A DNA stretch of 64,000 nucleotides, from positions 248,001 to 312,000 of IMG/VR virus record IMGVR_UViG_3300047994_000374, one strand, 5' to 3'. The translations under genes were made by a program, and so were the position numbers. Each line of letters starts with the position of its first letter. The stretch's first letter is position 1. The notes beneath the pieces were generated by a model. The model saw only the letters and a program-made list of their open reading frames with translations, was not told the origin of the DNA and ran no database searches. Shown here piece by piece: positions 1 to 11,025 of the stretch.

Positions 1-2593
1 GACCTGTAGCGCCCGTTAATCCTTGAATGCCAGTTGCTCCTTGAGGTCCAGTTGCACCAGTTAAGCCCGTAATACCTGGAGATCCCTGCGATCCTTGAGG
101 TCCTGTTAAACCTATTACGCCTTGACTACCTGTCGCTCCCTGTGGACCAGTACTTCCAGTTACACCTGGACTTCCTTGATTACCCTGCAATCCAGCTGCG
201 CCAGTAATACCCGGCGAGCCTTGTAAACCTTGTGCGCCGATGGGTCCCATTGCTCCAGTGACGCCAGTAACACCTTGAACTCCAGTCGCTCCTTGAATTC
301 CTGTAACACCTTGGAGTCCAGTTACACCTGGCGAACCTTGTGGTCCATTAGATCCCGTAACTCCAGGTGAGCCTTGAGGTCCAGTAGATCCGATTAAACC
401 AGTTACACCTGGAGATCCCTGAAGTCCTTGTGCTCCACCTGGACCAGTAGCTCCAGTTACTCCCTGTACACCTTGTGATCCTTGCGGTCCTGTAGCTCCT
501 GTTAAACCAGTAATACCTGGGCTTCCCTGTAATCCTTGAGGTCCTGTAGATCCTTGTGAACCAGTACTACCAGTTACACCAGGTGAACCTTGAGGTCCTT
601 GTGCTCCTGTAGAGCCAGTTATACCTTGACTGCCAGTTGAACCTGTAACGCCTTGAAGTCCAGTAACTCCCTGTGGACCAGTTGCTCCTTGAGGTCCGGT
701 CGCTCCAGTTATACCCTGCAATCCTTGTGGACCAGTAGGTCCTGTAACACCCGTAATACCCTGCGGTCCAATTGAACCAGTTGCACCTTGAATTCCTGCG
801 CTTCCTGTTGGTCCCTGTAAACCTGTTGCGCCTTGAGATCCTGTTGAACCTTGTGGTCCAGTTGATCCTGTTACACCTGGTGATCCTTGAAGCCCTTGTG
901 CACCTGCAGGTCCAGTGGCACCTGTGATGCCTTGTAGTCCTGTAGCGCCTTGTGGACCAGTAACTCCTTGTTGACCTTGCGGACCAGTTGATCCAGTTAC
1001 GCCTTGAATTCCAGCAGCACCTTGTTGACCTTGAGATCCTATAGATCCTGTAGCTCCCTGAAGTCCTGTAACTCCTTGAGGTCCAATAGACCCGGTTGAT
1101 CCTTGTGAACCGGTTGCTCCCTGAATTCCAGTAGCTCCTTGAATGCCTGTAGCTCCTTGAGGTCCAGTTGCGCCCTGAATGCCTTGTGGACCAGTTGAAC
1201 CGGTAACTCCTTGAACTCCCGTTGCTCCTTGTAATCCCTGAGGTCCTGTTGGTCCAGTAGTTCCTTGCGCTCCAACAGGCCCTGTAGAACCCGTTACACC
1301 TTGAATACCTTGAACTCCGGTCGCACCTTGTGATCCTGTGCTGCCAACACTTCCTGTCGAACCAATAGCTCCAGTTGAACCTTGTAATCCAGTAGATCCT
1401 TGTGATCCAGTAGCGCCTTGAGGTCCTGTAGGTCCTGTAGCTCCGATTAATCCCGTAGCTCCTTGTGCGCCTGTTGGTCCAGTAACTCCCTGAATACCTT
1501 GAGAACCTGTAGGTCCTGTAGCTCCAGTAGCGCCTTGTATACCTTGTGGACCAGTAGCACCAATGCTACCTGTAACACCAGTAACTCCTTGAATACCCTG
1601 TGGACCAATTGATCCTGTTGGTCCTTGGGCACCAGTATTTCCTTGAGCGCCAGTAGGTCCTTGAGATCCTGTTGGTCCCGTTGAACCTGTTGCGCCTTGT
1701 ATTCCTTGTGGTCCAGTAGATCCTTGAATACCTTGAGCACCAGTTAAGCCTTGTGATCCTGTTGGACCAATAGCTCCTGTTGGACCAGGTGCACCTGCAG
1801 GTCCCGTTGCGCCTTGCGTTCCTGCAGGACCAGTTGGACCTGTAGCACCAGTAGCTCCTTGCAACCCAAATCCCGCTGGACCTGTAGCTCCAGTTACACC
1901 AGGTAAACCTTGTGCGCCAGTTGGTCCTGGAAGACCTGTAGCTCCTTGTTGACCAGTAGCACCAAATCCTGCTGGTCCAGTTGGTCCTGTAGGTCCTGGT
2001 AAACCTGTAGCTCCCTGAATTCCTTGTGGACCTGTAGCTCCTGCTGGTCCGGTAGCTCCAGTAACTCCTGGTGCGCCAGTTGGTCCTGGAGAACCTGTAG
2101 CGCCTTGTGTTCCGCCACCAGCTGGTCCGGTAGCTCCAGTAACACCTGCTGGACCTGTGGTTCCAGGAATTCCTTGAATCCCTTGAATGCCTTGAATGCC
2201 TTGTGTGCCTTGGGGACCGGCTGGTCCTTGTGGTCCCTGAGGTCCTACTGGACCTCCTGCTGGTCCTGTTGGTCCGATTGGTCCTGTTGGGCCAGGAGGT
2301 CCGCCAAAAGGTCCTGTAGCACCTTGTGGACCTGTTGCTCCGGTAACACCAGTAACTCCAGGTGAACCTTGATTACCTTGTGGTCCTGTAAAACCAATTC
2401 CACCAGTAGCTCCCGTTACTCCAGGAATACCTTGTATACCAGCTTGTCCTTGTGGTCCAGGAGATCCTTGTGGTCCCGGATTACCTTGAACTCCCTGTGG
2501 TCCTTGAGGTCCTTGTGGTCCAGTGGCGCCAGTTATTCCACCTCCTCCACCGGATCCTTTTATCTGATCAGGATTTACTTTTGATATAACCAT
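1..2593 (-). CDS. Collagen-like (Gly-X-Y repeat) fibre protein, runs off the left edge of the window (>860 aa)
   Basis: ATG at 2593. Translation [37 protein letters not shown]..., then G-X-T/Q/P triplets with a few interruptions to the window edge. Absent from the ORF track because there is no stop in the window. Confidence 0.9.
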   Translation of the reverse strand, partial: MVISKVNPDQIKGSGGGGGITGATGPQGPQGPQGVQGNPGPQGSPGPQGQAGIQGIPGVTGATGGIGFTGPQGNQGSPGVTGVTGATGPQGATGPFGGPPGPTGPIGPTGPAGGPVGPQGPQGPAGPQGTQGIQGIQGIQGIPGTTGPAGVTGATGPAGGGTQGATGSPGPTGAPGVTGATGPAGATGPQGIQGATGLPGPTGPTGPAGFGATGQQGATGLPGPTGAQGLPGVTGATGPAGFGLQGATGATGPTGPAGTQGATGPAGAPGPTGAIGPTGSQGLTGAQGIQGSTGPQGIQGATGSTGPTGSQGPTGAQGNTGAQGPTGSIGPQGIQGVTGVTGSIGATGPQGIQGATGATGPTGSQGIQGVTGPTGAQGATGLIGATGPTGPQGATGSQGSTGLQGSTGAIGSTGSVGSTGSQGATGVQGIQGVTGSTGPVGAQGTTGPTGPQGLQGATGVQGVTGSTGPQGIQGATGPQGATGIQGATGIQGATGSQGSTGSIGPQGVTGLQGATGSIGSQGQQGAAGIQGVTGSTGPQGQQGVTGPQGATGLQGITGATGPAGAQGLQGSPGVTGSTGPQGSTGSQGATGLQGPTGSAGIQGATGSIGPQGITGVTGPTGPQGLQGITGATGPQGATGPQGVTGLQGVTGSTGSQGITGSTGAQGPQGSPGVTGSTGSQGSTGPQGLQGSPGITGLTGATGPQGSQGVQGVTGATGPGGAQGLQGSPGVTGLIGSTGPQGSPGVTGSNGPQGSPGVTGLQGVTGIQGATGVQGVTGVTGAMGPIGAQGLQGSPGITGAAGLQGNQGSPGVTGSTGPQGATGSQGVIGLTGPQGSQGSPGITGLTGATGPQGATGIQGLTGATG

Positions 2594-2608
2594 GTCAAGT
2601 AATCCTTC

Positions 2609-3211
2609 TTATGAATTATCAACATAGTAGTCAGCAGTGATCACATCGATGGGAGCTGGCGTTGTTGTAGGTGGGTCTGTTAAAATAACTGTATCATAAC
2701 CTGTTCCCGGACCGCCACTTTCTGCAATAAAATAATCGCCTAAATAAAGTTGTTTTACACCGTTAACATATACAATAATCTTATAAGGATCTGCTTGTAT
2801 AAATTTACCTGAAGGAATTGTAAAAACTGTATTCACATCATTTACAGCTCCGACCAATTGAATATCTTCTTCATGAACAACATTCGTTTGCGATGAGCCA
2901 ACTTTCAATCCATTGACAATGCCAGATGCTTTTAAGAAGGCAAGCTGATCATCATTAAATTGTAATAAATCAATATCACTATAAACAATTGTTATTTCTT
3001 TAGCTTTTAATTTATGAAGAATTTCGCCCTTCAATAAAGACGCACGAATGTCGGCTTCGCCAATACCCCTAATTGCCAATAAATCTCTTTCACACCCCAC
3101 AGGAATAGGATACTGAAAAATATTAATTGTTTTAGGAGTTCCCGTAATAATATTCTTAACAATAAAAGAAGTATTAAATTTTTGATAGGGAGCGAAATCA
3201 TTCATGCCCAT
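2609..3211 (-). CDS. Hypothetical virion/fibre-associated protein
   Basis: 200 aa ORF. C-terminal 'VYVNGVKQ..GDY' beta-rich motif is typical of tail and fibre proteins; adjacent to the collagen gene. Confidence 0.6.
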   Translation of the reverse strand: MGMNDFAPYQKFNTSFIVKNIITGTPKTINIFQYPIPVGCERDLLAIRGIGEADIRASLLKGEILHKLKAKEITIVYSDIDLLQFNDDQLAFLKASGIVNGLKVGSSQTNVVHEEDIQLVGAVNDVNTVFTIPSGKFIQADPYKIIVYVNGVKQLYLGDYFIAESGGPGTGYDTVILTDPPTTTPAPIDVITADYYVDNS

Positions 3212-3381
3212 CTAAAACGCTCCTTATTTAATTTGGAATAATTTTTACCTAATAAATCTCTCTGCGCACCAACACGAATAGGATATTGAAAAATATTAAT
3301 GGTCTTTGGCGTACCTGAAATAATATTTTGTACAATGAAAGAAGTATTGAATTTTTGGTACGGTGCGAACTGATCTGTCAT
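3202..3381 (-). pseudogene. Truncated 59-aa duplicate of the N-terminus of the 2609..3211 protein
   Basis: MTDQFAPYQKFNTSFIVQNIISGTPKTINIFQYPIRVGAQRDLL vs MNDFAPYQKFNTSFIVKNIITGTPKTINIFQYPIPVGCERDLL. Confidence 0.7.
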
Positions 3382-4127
3382 TACGAACCCAAATTTATAT
3401 TAATGGTTACCGTTTTTCCATCAGAAGTTTTACCTTGCGTTTGAATTACTTGAGAATCATTTGTTCTTACGGCTTGAACACTCTCTGACACAAGACGAAC
3501 AGGTTCATTTACCACTTCATTATTTTTTACAATTTGTGGTACGATATTAGAAAATGATTCGGATTTATAAATGGCGTTTTTTGACAATAATTCGTCCTTA
3601 CTTAAAATAACTTTTTTGAGGGCTTCTTTTGTTAGATTGGACAATTCATCGTAGCCCAGTCTATACCTTACATATAACAGCTCTTCAATATAGTTTAATC
3701 CACCTTGAGATGGTTGCGATTCCGAAAAGTTGCCATCCCCCTGTTTTATTCGTAATCCCGTATTCAATGTATTTAAAAGAATTCGAGCATTACTATCTAA
3801 CCATTCAAAATCTTTTCCATATTCTGCTTTTATCTCTTCAAGAACGCCATGAAGTTTTAGTAAATTTTTTAAAGTGTCGGCTGTTTTTTCAGATACAAAT
3901 GGCTCAGCGCGGTGATAATGTTGAAGTCCACGGCGAGGGTTAAATGTATCTTCTGAATCAATATGGCGTGTATCAAAAGCATTTTTTACCATGGGCAATG
4001 AATCAACCACGGCAGAACGTAATGCCTTTTTACGCAGCTTTATGGCATCATCTCTTTCAATAATAGAAGAGGTGCCGATTGAAATTAAGCCAGATATTTC
4101 ACATGCATCAGTACGAGAAAACGACAT
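3381..4127 (-). CDS. Hypothetical protein
   Basis: 248 aa ORF on the coding strand. Confidence 0.7.
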   Translation of the reverse strand: MSFSRTDACEISGLISIGTSSIIERDDAIKLRKKALRSAVVDSLPMVKNAFDTRHIDSEDTFNPRRGLQHYHRAEPFVSEKTADTLKNLLKLHGVLEEIKAEYGKDFEWLDSNARILLNTLNTGLRIKQGDGNFSESQPSQGGLNYIEELLYVRYRLGYDELSNLTKEALKKVILSKDELLSKNAIYKSESFSNIVPQIVKNNEVVNEPVRLVSESVQAVRTNDSQVIQTQGKTSDGKTVTININLGS

Positions 4128-4397
4128 ATACTAATACAAAGATATGTGGAGTAATTATCATTTTTAGCTACCATTATGAGAATGTAATAAGCAATCTAAT
4201 TTGAGATTCAGAAAGGGGAAGGCTTGATTGCAGGCGGAGCAGTGGGTTGGTGGATTCAATGCGCGATCTTTTTAAATATGAAAATTGGTTCAAACTTCAT
4301 TTTTCCATTTTGATCTAACCCTGCGCCGTATTTATCATTTTTACTTCCCAAAAATGTGGCGTAAAGTATTGGATTTTTAGATAATTTTAATTTCATA

Positions 4398-4718
4398 TTA
4401 TGCGAAGATCATTAATTTTTTAAGTCTATTTGCCGTAATATCAAATGGCGTATTGTTTGGTAGCTTCATGATGATCCTATTTGTTTTTGCGTCAATTAAT
4501 TCGCAAAAATGAACATCCAATTCTGATGTAAAATCCCAGCTTACATAATATTGTTTTTTATTTAATTTGACAGATTTTGAGGCAATATTGTAGAAAAATA
4601 TTCCTTGCTCATCCTTAAAATAAATATAAAACATCTTACATGGAGTGCATTCGGCAGATTTATTTTCATCGTAGAAGATGTTTTCTTTACAACGGAGACA
4701 TTTTAGATGGATTTTCAT
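4398..4718 (-). CDS. Small zinc-ribbon hypothetical protein
   Basis: CLRC...CTPC motif; ATGA overlap with the upstream gene. Confidence 0.6.
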   Translation of the reverse strand: MKIHLKCLRCKENIFYDENKSAECTPCKMFYIYFKDEQGIFFYNIASKSVKLNKKQYYVSWDFTSELDVHFCELIDAKTNRIIMKLPNNTPFDITANRLKKLMIFA

Positions 4719-6823
4719 TTTAAATTTCTGAACATATAAATTAATTCATATTTTTCGGTACCAGCAGATTTATTTAAATGTGATCTTATTGTTTTTAATT
4801 TAACTTCTTCTTTTATTTCACCGAATCTATCAATTGCCATTTCCAACATTTTAGGATAATTTTTAACATTTAGTCCAAACCATTTATTAGGTTTAAGCGC
4901 TTTTTTAACATTGTCAAGTGTTTTGGACCAATAAATATCGTAAAAATAATTCTCGCCATTATTATAAGCCTGAGTTAAATCATTTGAATAATATTCCTGA
5001 TCAAAATATGGAGGGCTGCTAAAACTAAAATCAATGCTATTTTCTTCTAAATTTACCGTTTCTGATCCTGCTTTAATTAATTTTATTTTTTTTAAACCGA
5101 GTGATTCTGACATAATTTTTAATTCGTCAGTAGTCCATGGATCAGTTCCAATATATTCTCGATTACAACTAGCCGCACCTAACATTCTACCACCCCAGCC
5201 AGCAGAATAGTCATAAACAATATCATTTTCATCACTATACTTCATATACATATATTTAGCAATATCTGGCTTAAACATAGAAATACTAGGAACTAAACGT
5301 GAAGATCTCATTCCTTGAATTAGCATACGAAAAGAAATATTAAAAGTTTCATCATTATTTTCTTTATCCCACCAATCAAAACCAAGCCTATTTTTAATTA
5401 ATTTTTTTAATTTATCATCATCATTAAATAATTGTATCATATTTAATTCATTTTTTTCAGTCGCCTCATAAAATTTATGACAAAAATATTTACAAATATC
5501 TGTCGCCAATGAACTATTATTAAATAATTCATTAGATGATAAATTTGGCTTAAAATTACATAATTTTTTCCAACTGTTATGAATTTTAGAAATATTATCC
5601 GGATAGAGCCAGCCTTGTGATCTAAAATATTGAAACAAAGGCTCTATTAAATTTTCACGTGACTCATAATCTAATGTTTTAACATATTTAGCAGTAATTG
5701 GCTGTCCATTAATAGAGACTATTTTATCATATAAATAAATATCATCATGTTTAATTTTAGTTATTGTTCTTTGATGTAAGTTATATTTATTAGATAATTC
5801 ATTTACTGATGATCCATTAGAAATGGCGTCAATAATTTCTTTTTTATTTTCTTCTGAAACTTTATATTCATTTTTTTTAAATGAACGATTATTTTGTTGC
5901 TCTATTAATGATAAATATTTTTCATATTTTCTGTCTAATCTAATTATTTCGGGAGAATCTTTATATAACCAATCCGCTAATTTAAGTACCTTTTCATTAC
6001 CATTACTTTCTAACTCATAAGTGTTATTGTTAGTTTTAGAAATATTTCTTAAATTAACTATTATTTTTAATTTATCTAAAATAATTTGTTGTATAGATTC
6101 TCCACACTCTTTGGTTGTTGCAATAGACCATTTCCATTCATTTGTTTCACGTTTACAAATAGAGCCGTCACCATCAAACAGCCCTCTAATAAAATGTACA
6201 TATAATTTTTCATCAAGCCATTCTGGATATTCTATAATAAAACTTTTAGCTTGGGGGCACCCTTTATCATTCAAAGTTTTACATAAGTGCTTGCTATACA
6301 TTTTAAGTGTAAAATATTCATGTCCCTCTTTATTTTTAGTGTAAGTTATTTTATTTGGTGATAAACCCATAAAATTAGCAAGTTTTTGTAAGTGTTTTAA
6401 ATCTCTGGTTTGTAAAGAAACAGATACTGTATTGGTTTTATTACAATTATAGGCATCAGCATAAAAAAATCCTAACCAGTAAGCCTTTTCGGATGAATTA
6501 ATAATATCAAAAATATTTTTATTAAATTCGGTAAATCTATGAGATTCACTTTTATCTCTTAATAAGTTTTTATTTTCTACCCATTTTTGTACTCTACGCT
6601 TATCAATGGAGTATTTTATTCCTAAAGACTTGGCAGATACGCCCTGTTGATATAAATCGCAAATTTTATCAATTTTATTTTCGGAAAAATCTTCTTTTAA
6701 GATCGCCCATCTATTTAAATTAATAATTTCTTTAATGTTTTTAATATCTAAATTTAAAATTTTGGCGATTCTTTTAATTGCAAATCCGTCTTGAACCATT
6801 TTTTTAATTATTTCAATATTCAT
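4715..6823 (-). CDS. LAGLIDADG homing endonuclease fused to an amino-DNA methyltransferase
   Basis: HTH N-terminus; KAYWLGFFYADA and FIRGLFDGDGS LAGLIDADG motifs; C-terminal SAM-binding DYSAGWGGRMLGA and catalytic SPPYF. Confidence 0.85.
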   Translation of the reverse strand: MNIEIIKKMVQDGFAIKRIAKILNLDIKNIKEIINLNRWAILKEDFSENKIDKICDLYQQGVSAKSLGIKYSIDKRRVQKWVENKNLLRDKSESHRFTEFNKNIFDIINSSEKAYWLGFFYADAYNCNKTNTVSVSLQTRDLKHLQKLANFMGLSPNKITYTKNKEGHEYFTLKMYSKHLCKTLNDKGCPQAKSFIIEYPEWLDEKLYVHFIRGLFDGDGSICKRETNEWKWSIATTKECGESIQQIILDKLKIIVNLRNISKTNNNTYELESNGNEKVLKLADWLYKDSPEIIRLDRKYEKYLSLIEQQNNRSFKKNEYKVSEENKKEIIDAISNGSSVNELSNKYNLHQRTITKIKHDDIYLYDKIVSINGQPITAKYVKTLDYESRENLIEPLFQYFRSQGWLYPDNISKIHNSWKKLCNFKPNLSSNELFNNSSLATDICKYFCHKFYEATEKNELNMIQLFNDDDKLKKLIKNRLGFDWWDKENNDETFNISFRMLIQGMRSSRLVPSISMFKPDIAKYMYMKYSDENDIVYDYSAGWGGRMLGAASCNREYIGTDPWTTDELKIMSESLGLKKIKLIKAGSETVNLEENSIDFSFSSPPYFDQEYYSNDLTQAYNNGENYFYDIYWSKTLDNVKKALKPNKWFGLNVKNYPKMLEMAIDRFGEIKEEVKLKTIRSHLNKSAGTEKYELIYMFRNLK

Positions 6824-6883
6824 GTATCTTACCTCTCTTAATAATATAAGATTATATTAATAACTTGTCAAGGTTCATCTCAC

Positions 6884-6916
6884 AAAAAAGAAAAGCCACA
6901 TTTAAGTGGCTTTTCT
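6884..6916 (-). terminator. Rho-independent terminator after the major capsid gene
   Basis: AGAAAAGCCAC/GTGGCTTTTCT stem with a T-tract on the minus strand. Confidence 0.8.
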
Positions 6917-6946
6917 ATTAAAGCATTTTATGCTTATTTTATAGGA

Positions 6947-9149
6947 TTAACTGCCGATAATAACGCTCTTTCGACCCGCCGCAACACCGCGTGGATTAAC
7001 TATCCCAATTCCGATTATTTCAGAAACTACCCATCCTAATTTTAATTGTTTGGGCTCATCTGCTGGCAATACTTCTATGTCCTGACGAACTGGCATAATT
7101 CCAACGAATTCTGGGTCAGCTGCCCCGTATACTGTTCCGGGAGGAACAATCTTTGACACGAGAATATCCGCGCCCCAGATATGACCGTAAAGACCAGTCT
7201 GAAGAACTTCACGCTGGGTAACTGGATCGAAATCACCGCCGCCCGTACCTTGACCACCACCAGCACCCCACTTGAGGATGTCGGTAAATTCGTTAATGTG
7301 CATGAAATATTTGGTCGTTACGAGGTCCCATTTATCAATGCTCTGTTTAATTTCAACGAGGTCACGCTTTAACATGCCCGCGTCCGTGATGTCCGTAAGG
7401 ACGTTTTCAACTGAAGCCGCTGCGTCCATCGCTGCGAAAACGTTTGCGTCTTCTTGCGCCATGATTTCTTGACGAGCTTTTTGAACGGCTCGGTCAATGA
7501 CGTTGAATCGACGACGTTTAACTTCTGCAATACGAACAGTTGGGTTCGCATAGATTTCGAATTCAGGAATTACAACGCGATCACCGAAGACGCGTGATTC
7601 TGGACCTGAACCGTTGCTTGAAACAACGACAGCCGCGACATCAATGTCTCGGTCGTAGGTTGGGAGTGCACCTTGTGGAAGCGCGTCAACTACGAGCGCT
7701 CGGCGTGCAATTCCATGGTAGTCTAAGTTTCTACGACGCTTGTTACGAACGACTATTGTTCGGTTAGTTCATTTCTGACTAACTCTTTATTTTTCAATAA
7801 AGGTCAGACTTTATCATCATTAAATAAAATTTAATGTTCAGCGTAAAGTCGTTGAGGGTTCTGGCATTAATTTATATTTCATACAATCCACTACATACTC
7901 TCTTATTATATTTGAGAGTTTTTGAGTATTTTCTTTATTTAAAGTGATTTGAAAGTATTGTTTGTCTTTCATTTTAAATCCCATTACTTTGGAATTTAAA
8001 TCAAAACATTTCTTTAAATATGATTGTAATTTATAATTATCTGACTCTGTAAAGCTCATTGTTGCAATCCTCATATTGACTCCTGATTTTAAATTCCCGT
8101 CATCCATAACCCAAACAGCAAGTGCCAATGGGGTTAAATAAATGTCGAGATTATCTGGAATAATTTTCACTCTATCATTGGTATAAAACATATCTGCAAA
8201 AATATTAAAATCTTTATGCGTTATTGTTCTTGTTTGTAGCATAATTGAATTTTTTCTTTTATTAACTAATCTATTAAATCCGTTAATAAAAGGGTCCATC
8301 ATTGCTACTTTCCAATGAAAGTATTGCTCTTGTGCTTCACATTGTCCTATTGAAAGTTTAAAATTGCTTTTTGGAGAGTCTTTATATAAACATCCGTCTC
8401 CAAGTAATGTTCCGACTATAAATTGTTTTTGAACACTATTTATAGGCGTCTCTCTTAAAATATCATATTTTTTATGTCCATCTATTACAGTAATGTTATT
8501 TGCTTTTAATAACCTTGCAATCGCCGGAGGAGACATCTCATACCACGCGGCGATTTCTTTTATTGACTGTTTTTTATTTACATATCTATTTATAATATTT
8601 TCAATCTGGTCTTTCGTTAAATCAGACACATAATTTCGTGTCCATTTAACTTTTTGACTTTTTAAAATTTGCCGAACAGTTTCATAACTTTTGTTGCACT
8701 GTTTGGCTATTTCTCTTATTGTTAAACCAGATTGATAGAGTATTGCAATTTCTTTTTCTTCCATTTGCCAGCCTTCCCTGCTGATTGTCTATATCATCCT
8801 TATGCTGTTACTTTAACTGATTGTGAGATTATCTGCAGTGATTAATCTATAGAGTGTTAAAGTGATAAGGCTTTTAGAGTTTCCAGCATATAGCTAAATT
8901 TATACCCCACTCGTATTATGAGTTAATGGGGTTTGCCATAGCCTGTGCTAAAGCAATTTTGCCGTCTTGGGTGTTGATTGCGCGGCTGATGAGATCGTCA
9001 CGTTGCGCATCTGAAAGCGATGGCTGACCTGACATTGACTGATTCGCGGGAAGGTTTTCCTGCAAAATACTGGCGTATTTTGTGAGCTGCGTAAGCATAT
9101 CTTTCATGCTTGACGCGTTCATTTCGCCGTTATTTGAAAAGTAATTCAT
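6947..9149 (-). CDS. Major capsid protein (HK97-fold); exons 8926..9149 and 6947..7736, 337 aa after splicing
   Basis: Joined exons total 1014 nt and are in frame: ...ALAQAMANPI|RRNLDYHGIARRALVVD...AQEDANVF...GWVVSEIIGIGIVNPRGVA. Lies in the head module and is followed by a terminator. Confidence 0.85.
7737..8925 (-). mobile_element. Group I self-splicing intron (1189 nt) in the major capsid gene
   Basis: P1: exon ACCCCAU pairs with IGS GUGGGGU, U.G at the splice site. P10: UACGA pairs with exon-2 UCGUA. P/Q elements TGCTGGAAA and AATCAGCAGG; P7 GACTTT/AAAGTC; terminal G. Confidence 0.92.
7838..8764 (-). CDS. Intron-encoded LAGLIDADG homing endonuclease
   Basis: IVGTLLGDG and LAVWVMDDG motifs plus N-terminal HTH; the ORF ends within the intron core (EPSTTLR). 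Confidence 0.9.
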   Translation of the reverse strand: MEEKEIAILYQSGLTIREIAKQCNKSYETVRQILKSQKVKWTRNYVSDLTKDQIENIINRYVNKKQSIKEIAAWYEMSPPAIARLLKANNITVIDGHKKYDILRETPINSVQKQFIVGTLLGDGCLYKDSPKSNFKLSIGQCEAQEQYFHWKVAMMDPFINGFNRLVNKRKNSIMLQTRTITHKDFNIFADMFYTNDRVKIIPDNLDIYLTPLALAVWVMDDGNLKSGVNMRIATMSFTESDNYKLQSYLKKCFDLNSKVMGFKMKDKQYFQITLNKENTQKLSNIIREYVVDCMKYKLMPEPSTTLR

Positions 9150-9270
9150 TTATAAACTCCAATTAATTGGGGATAGGTAGCCAACAGAATGTCAGCATAA
9201 ATTAATGTGAGATAAATGATATATATTGATAGATTTAATGAAAATATTTTAATTTATGTGAATTATTTTA

Positions 9271-9567
9271 TTAATATATTGAATTAACTTCTTTTTCTAA
9301 TTTTCTATATAGTTTAATATAGTTTTCCATTTCCCAAATTACCTCTTCTGAATACTTACCTTTATTGTTCGTAAAAGTATATATTCCATGGTTTTTAAAT
9401 TCTGTTATTGCTTTATTTGTTTTTAAAGATATATTTTCTAAATTAGATATAAGTTTATTTACAAGTGAATTTATATTTATTTCTTGGGCAGGTTTTTCTT
9501 CGTTATATTTTAAATCGAATTCTTTTCCTAATTTTATAATTAAATCTGTGCTCATAATACTATTCAA
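9271..9567 (-). CDS. Hypothetical protein, paralog of 9583..9888
   Basis: Shared 'IKLG...KY' N-terminus and 'T.KA..E[FY]' segment. Confidence 0.6.
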   Translation of the reverse strand: MNSIMSTDLIIKLGKEFDLKYNEEKPAQEININSLVNKLISNLENISLKTNKAITEFKNHGIYTFTNNKGKYSEEVIWEMENYIKLYRKLEKEVNSIY

Positions 9568-9582
9568 ATATATGTAGCTATT

Positions 9583-9940
<358 letters not shown>

Positions 9941-10082
9941 GCCCATAAACACTAAAAATATTTAAAAATTTAATTGATTTGGGATACCTGATTGATATTG
10001 GTGCAAATTCAAAAAGACATCGATTATATGAACTAACTAAAGTTGGTAAATTGCATTTTAATTCGCTTTGATTTTTGGTAAT

Positions 10083-10118
10083 AAAAAACCTCCAACTTTT
10101 TTACGGTTGGAGGCTTTT
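10083..10118 (-). terminator. Rho-independent terminator
   Basis: CCTCCAAC/GTTGGAGG stem plus T-tract on the minus strand. Confidence 0.75.
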
Positions 10119-10149
10119 AAATTTACAACTATCAAATCAACTAATAAGA

Positions 10150-10884
10150 TTAGCCGTTTGCGGTTGGAGGATTGAACGCGATAACTGCGTAGGTGAATTT
10201 ACGAAGTGATGACGCAGCCGTGGAGCCCGTTGGGGAGTTAAGCGCCTGAGTTAAATAGTTAGGCGTATTAACGAGTGAGCCGTTGGTTGCAAATTCAATT
10301 AACGTTGCAACTACGGGCGCTGATGCCGCGAGATTGGTGCCGTTACCAGATGCTGCCAATAGTCCCGCAGTTGTAAATTTAAGTGGCGCGCCGACCGTAA
10401 GGGTAGTATTGGTTGGATTTAAACCAGTGGTCGTGGTCGTATCGCATGCATCAAGTGATACTGCGAAAATGCCGGATTGTGACCAACAAGTCATTTTGCC
10501 GCTGCCAGTCGCTGAGCTTGGACCAAGAGCAGTTGCGCCGCCCTGACCTACAGTGCCGCCGATTACTGAGCCAAGTAAGGAACCATAACCAGTAATCCCA
10601 TCGTCACTTAACATTAAGGGTCGCGACGTTGCTAATACCTGTGGTGCACCAGAAACGCTGAAGTTTTTGCTTACTGCTGGGCGTCCAAGGGTAGTTGTCG
10701 TTTGAACATAACCGTCGAAAACATCATAAGCCGCCTGATCAGTTGAGCTAGTGACACCTGGTTGCGCTGAAGTAGTTACCGTGGCAAAGGTGCAAACTTC
10801 GCCGCCTTTGAATGAAGCTAATTCGCCGTCAACGCAATCGAATTGGCCGAGTGGATTTAAAGCATTTAATGGTCGTAATGACAT
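10150..10884 (-). CDS. Putative head decoration/cement protein
   Basis: Gly/Thr/Ser/Ala-rich 244 aa protein just upstream of the capsid gene, with its own terminator. Confidence 0.5.
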   Translation of the reverse strand: MSLRPLNALNPLGQFDCVDGELASFKGGEVCTFATVTTSAQPGVTSSTDQAAYDVFDGYVQTTTTLGRPAVSKNFSVSGAPQVLATSRPLMLSDDGITGYGSLLGSVIGGTVGQGGATALGPSSATGSGKMTCWSQSGIFAVSLDACDTTTTTGLNPTNTTLTVGAPLKFTTAGLLAASGNGTNLAASAPVVATLIEFATNGSLVNTPNYLTQALNSPTGSTAASSLRKFTYAVIAFNPPTANG

Positions 10885-11025
10885 GAGATTTCCTTATTAA
10901 AAATTCGCGCGGTTTAGCAACGAATGGCTTACACCTTAGATTTCTAAAATTATATGTTATTATTCATATTTATTATACATTTTTATTTACAAAAACTATG
11001 AATATTGTAAGATATATGTATACGA

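Noticed and set aside
1-2560. Repetitive DNA as a CRISPR array
   Set aside because: The 9-nt periodicity comes from collagen codons; there is no constant repeat with unique spacers.
1039-2584. Five ORF-track entries over the collagen region
   Set aside because: They are alternate-frame or antisense shadows of the G-X-Y repeat gene.
3060-3381. DGR template/variable repeat pair
   Set aside because: Differences between the copies are not adenine-specific and no reverse transcriptase is present in the window.
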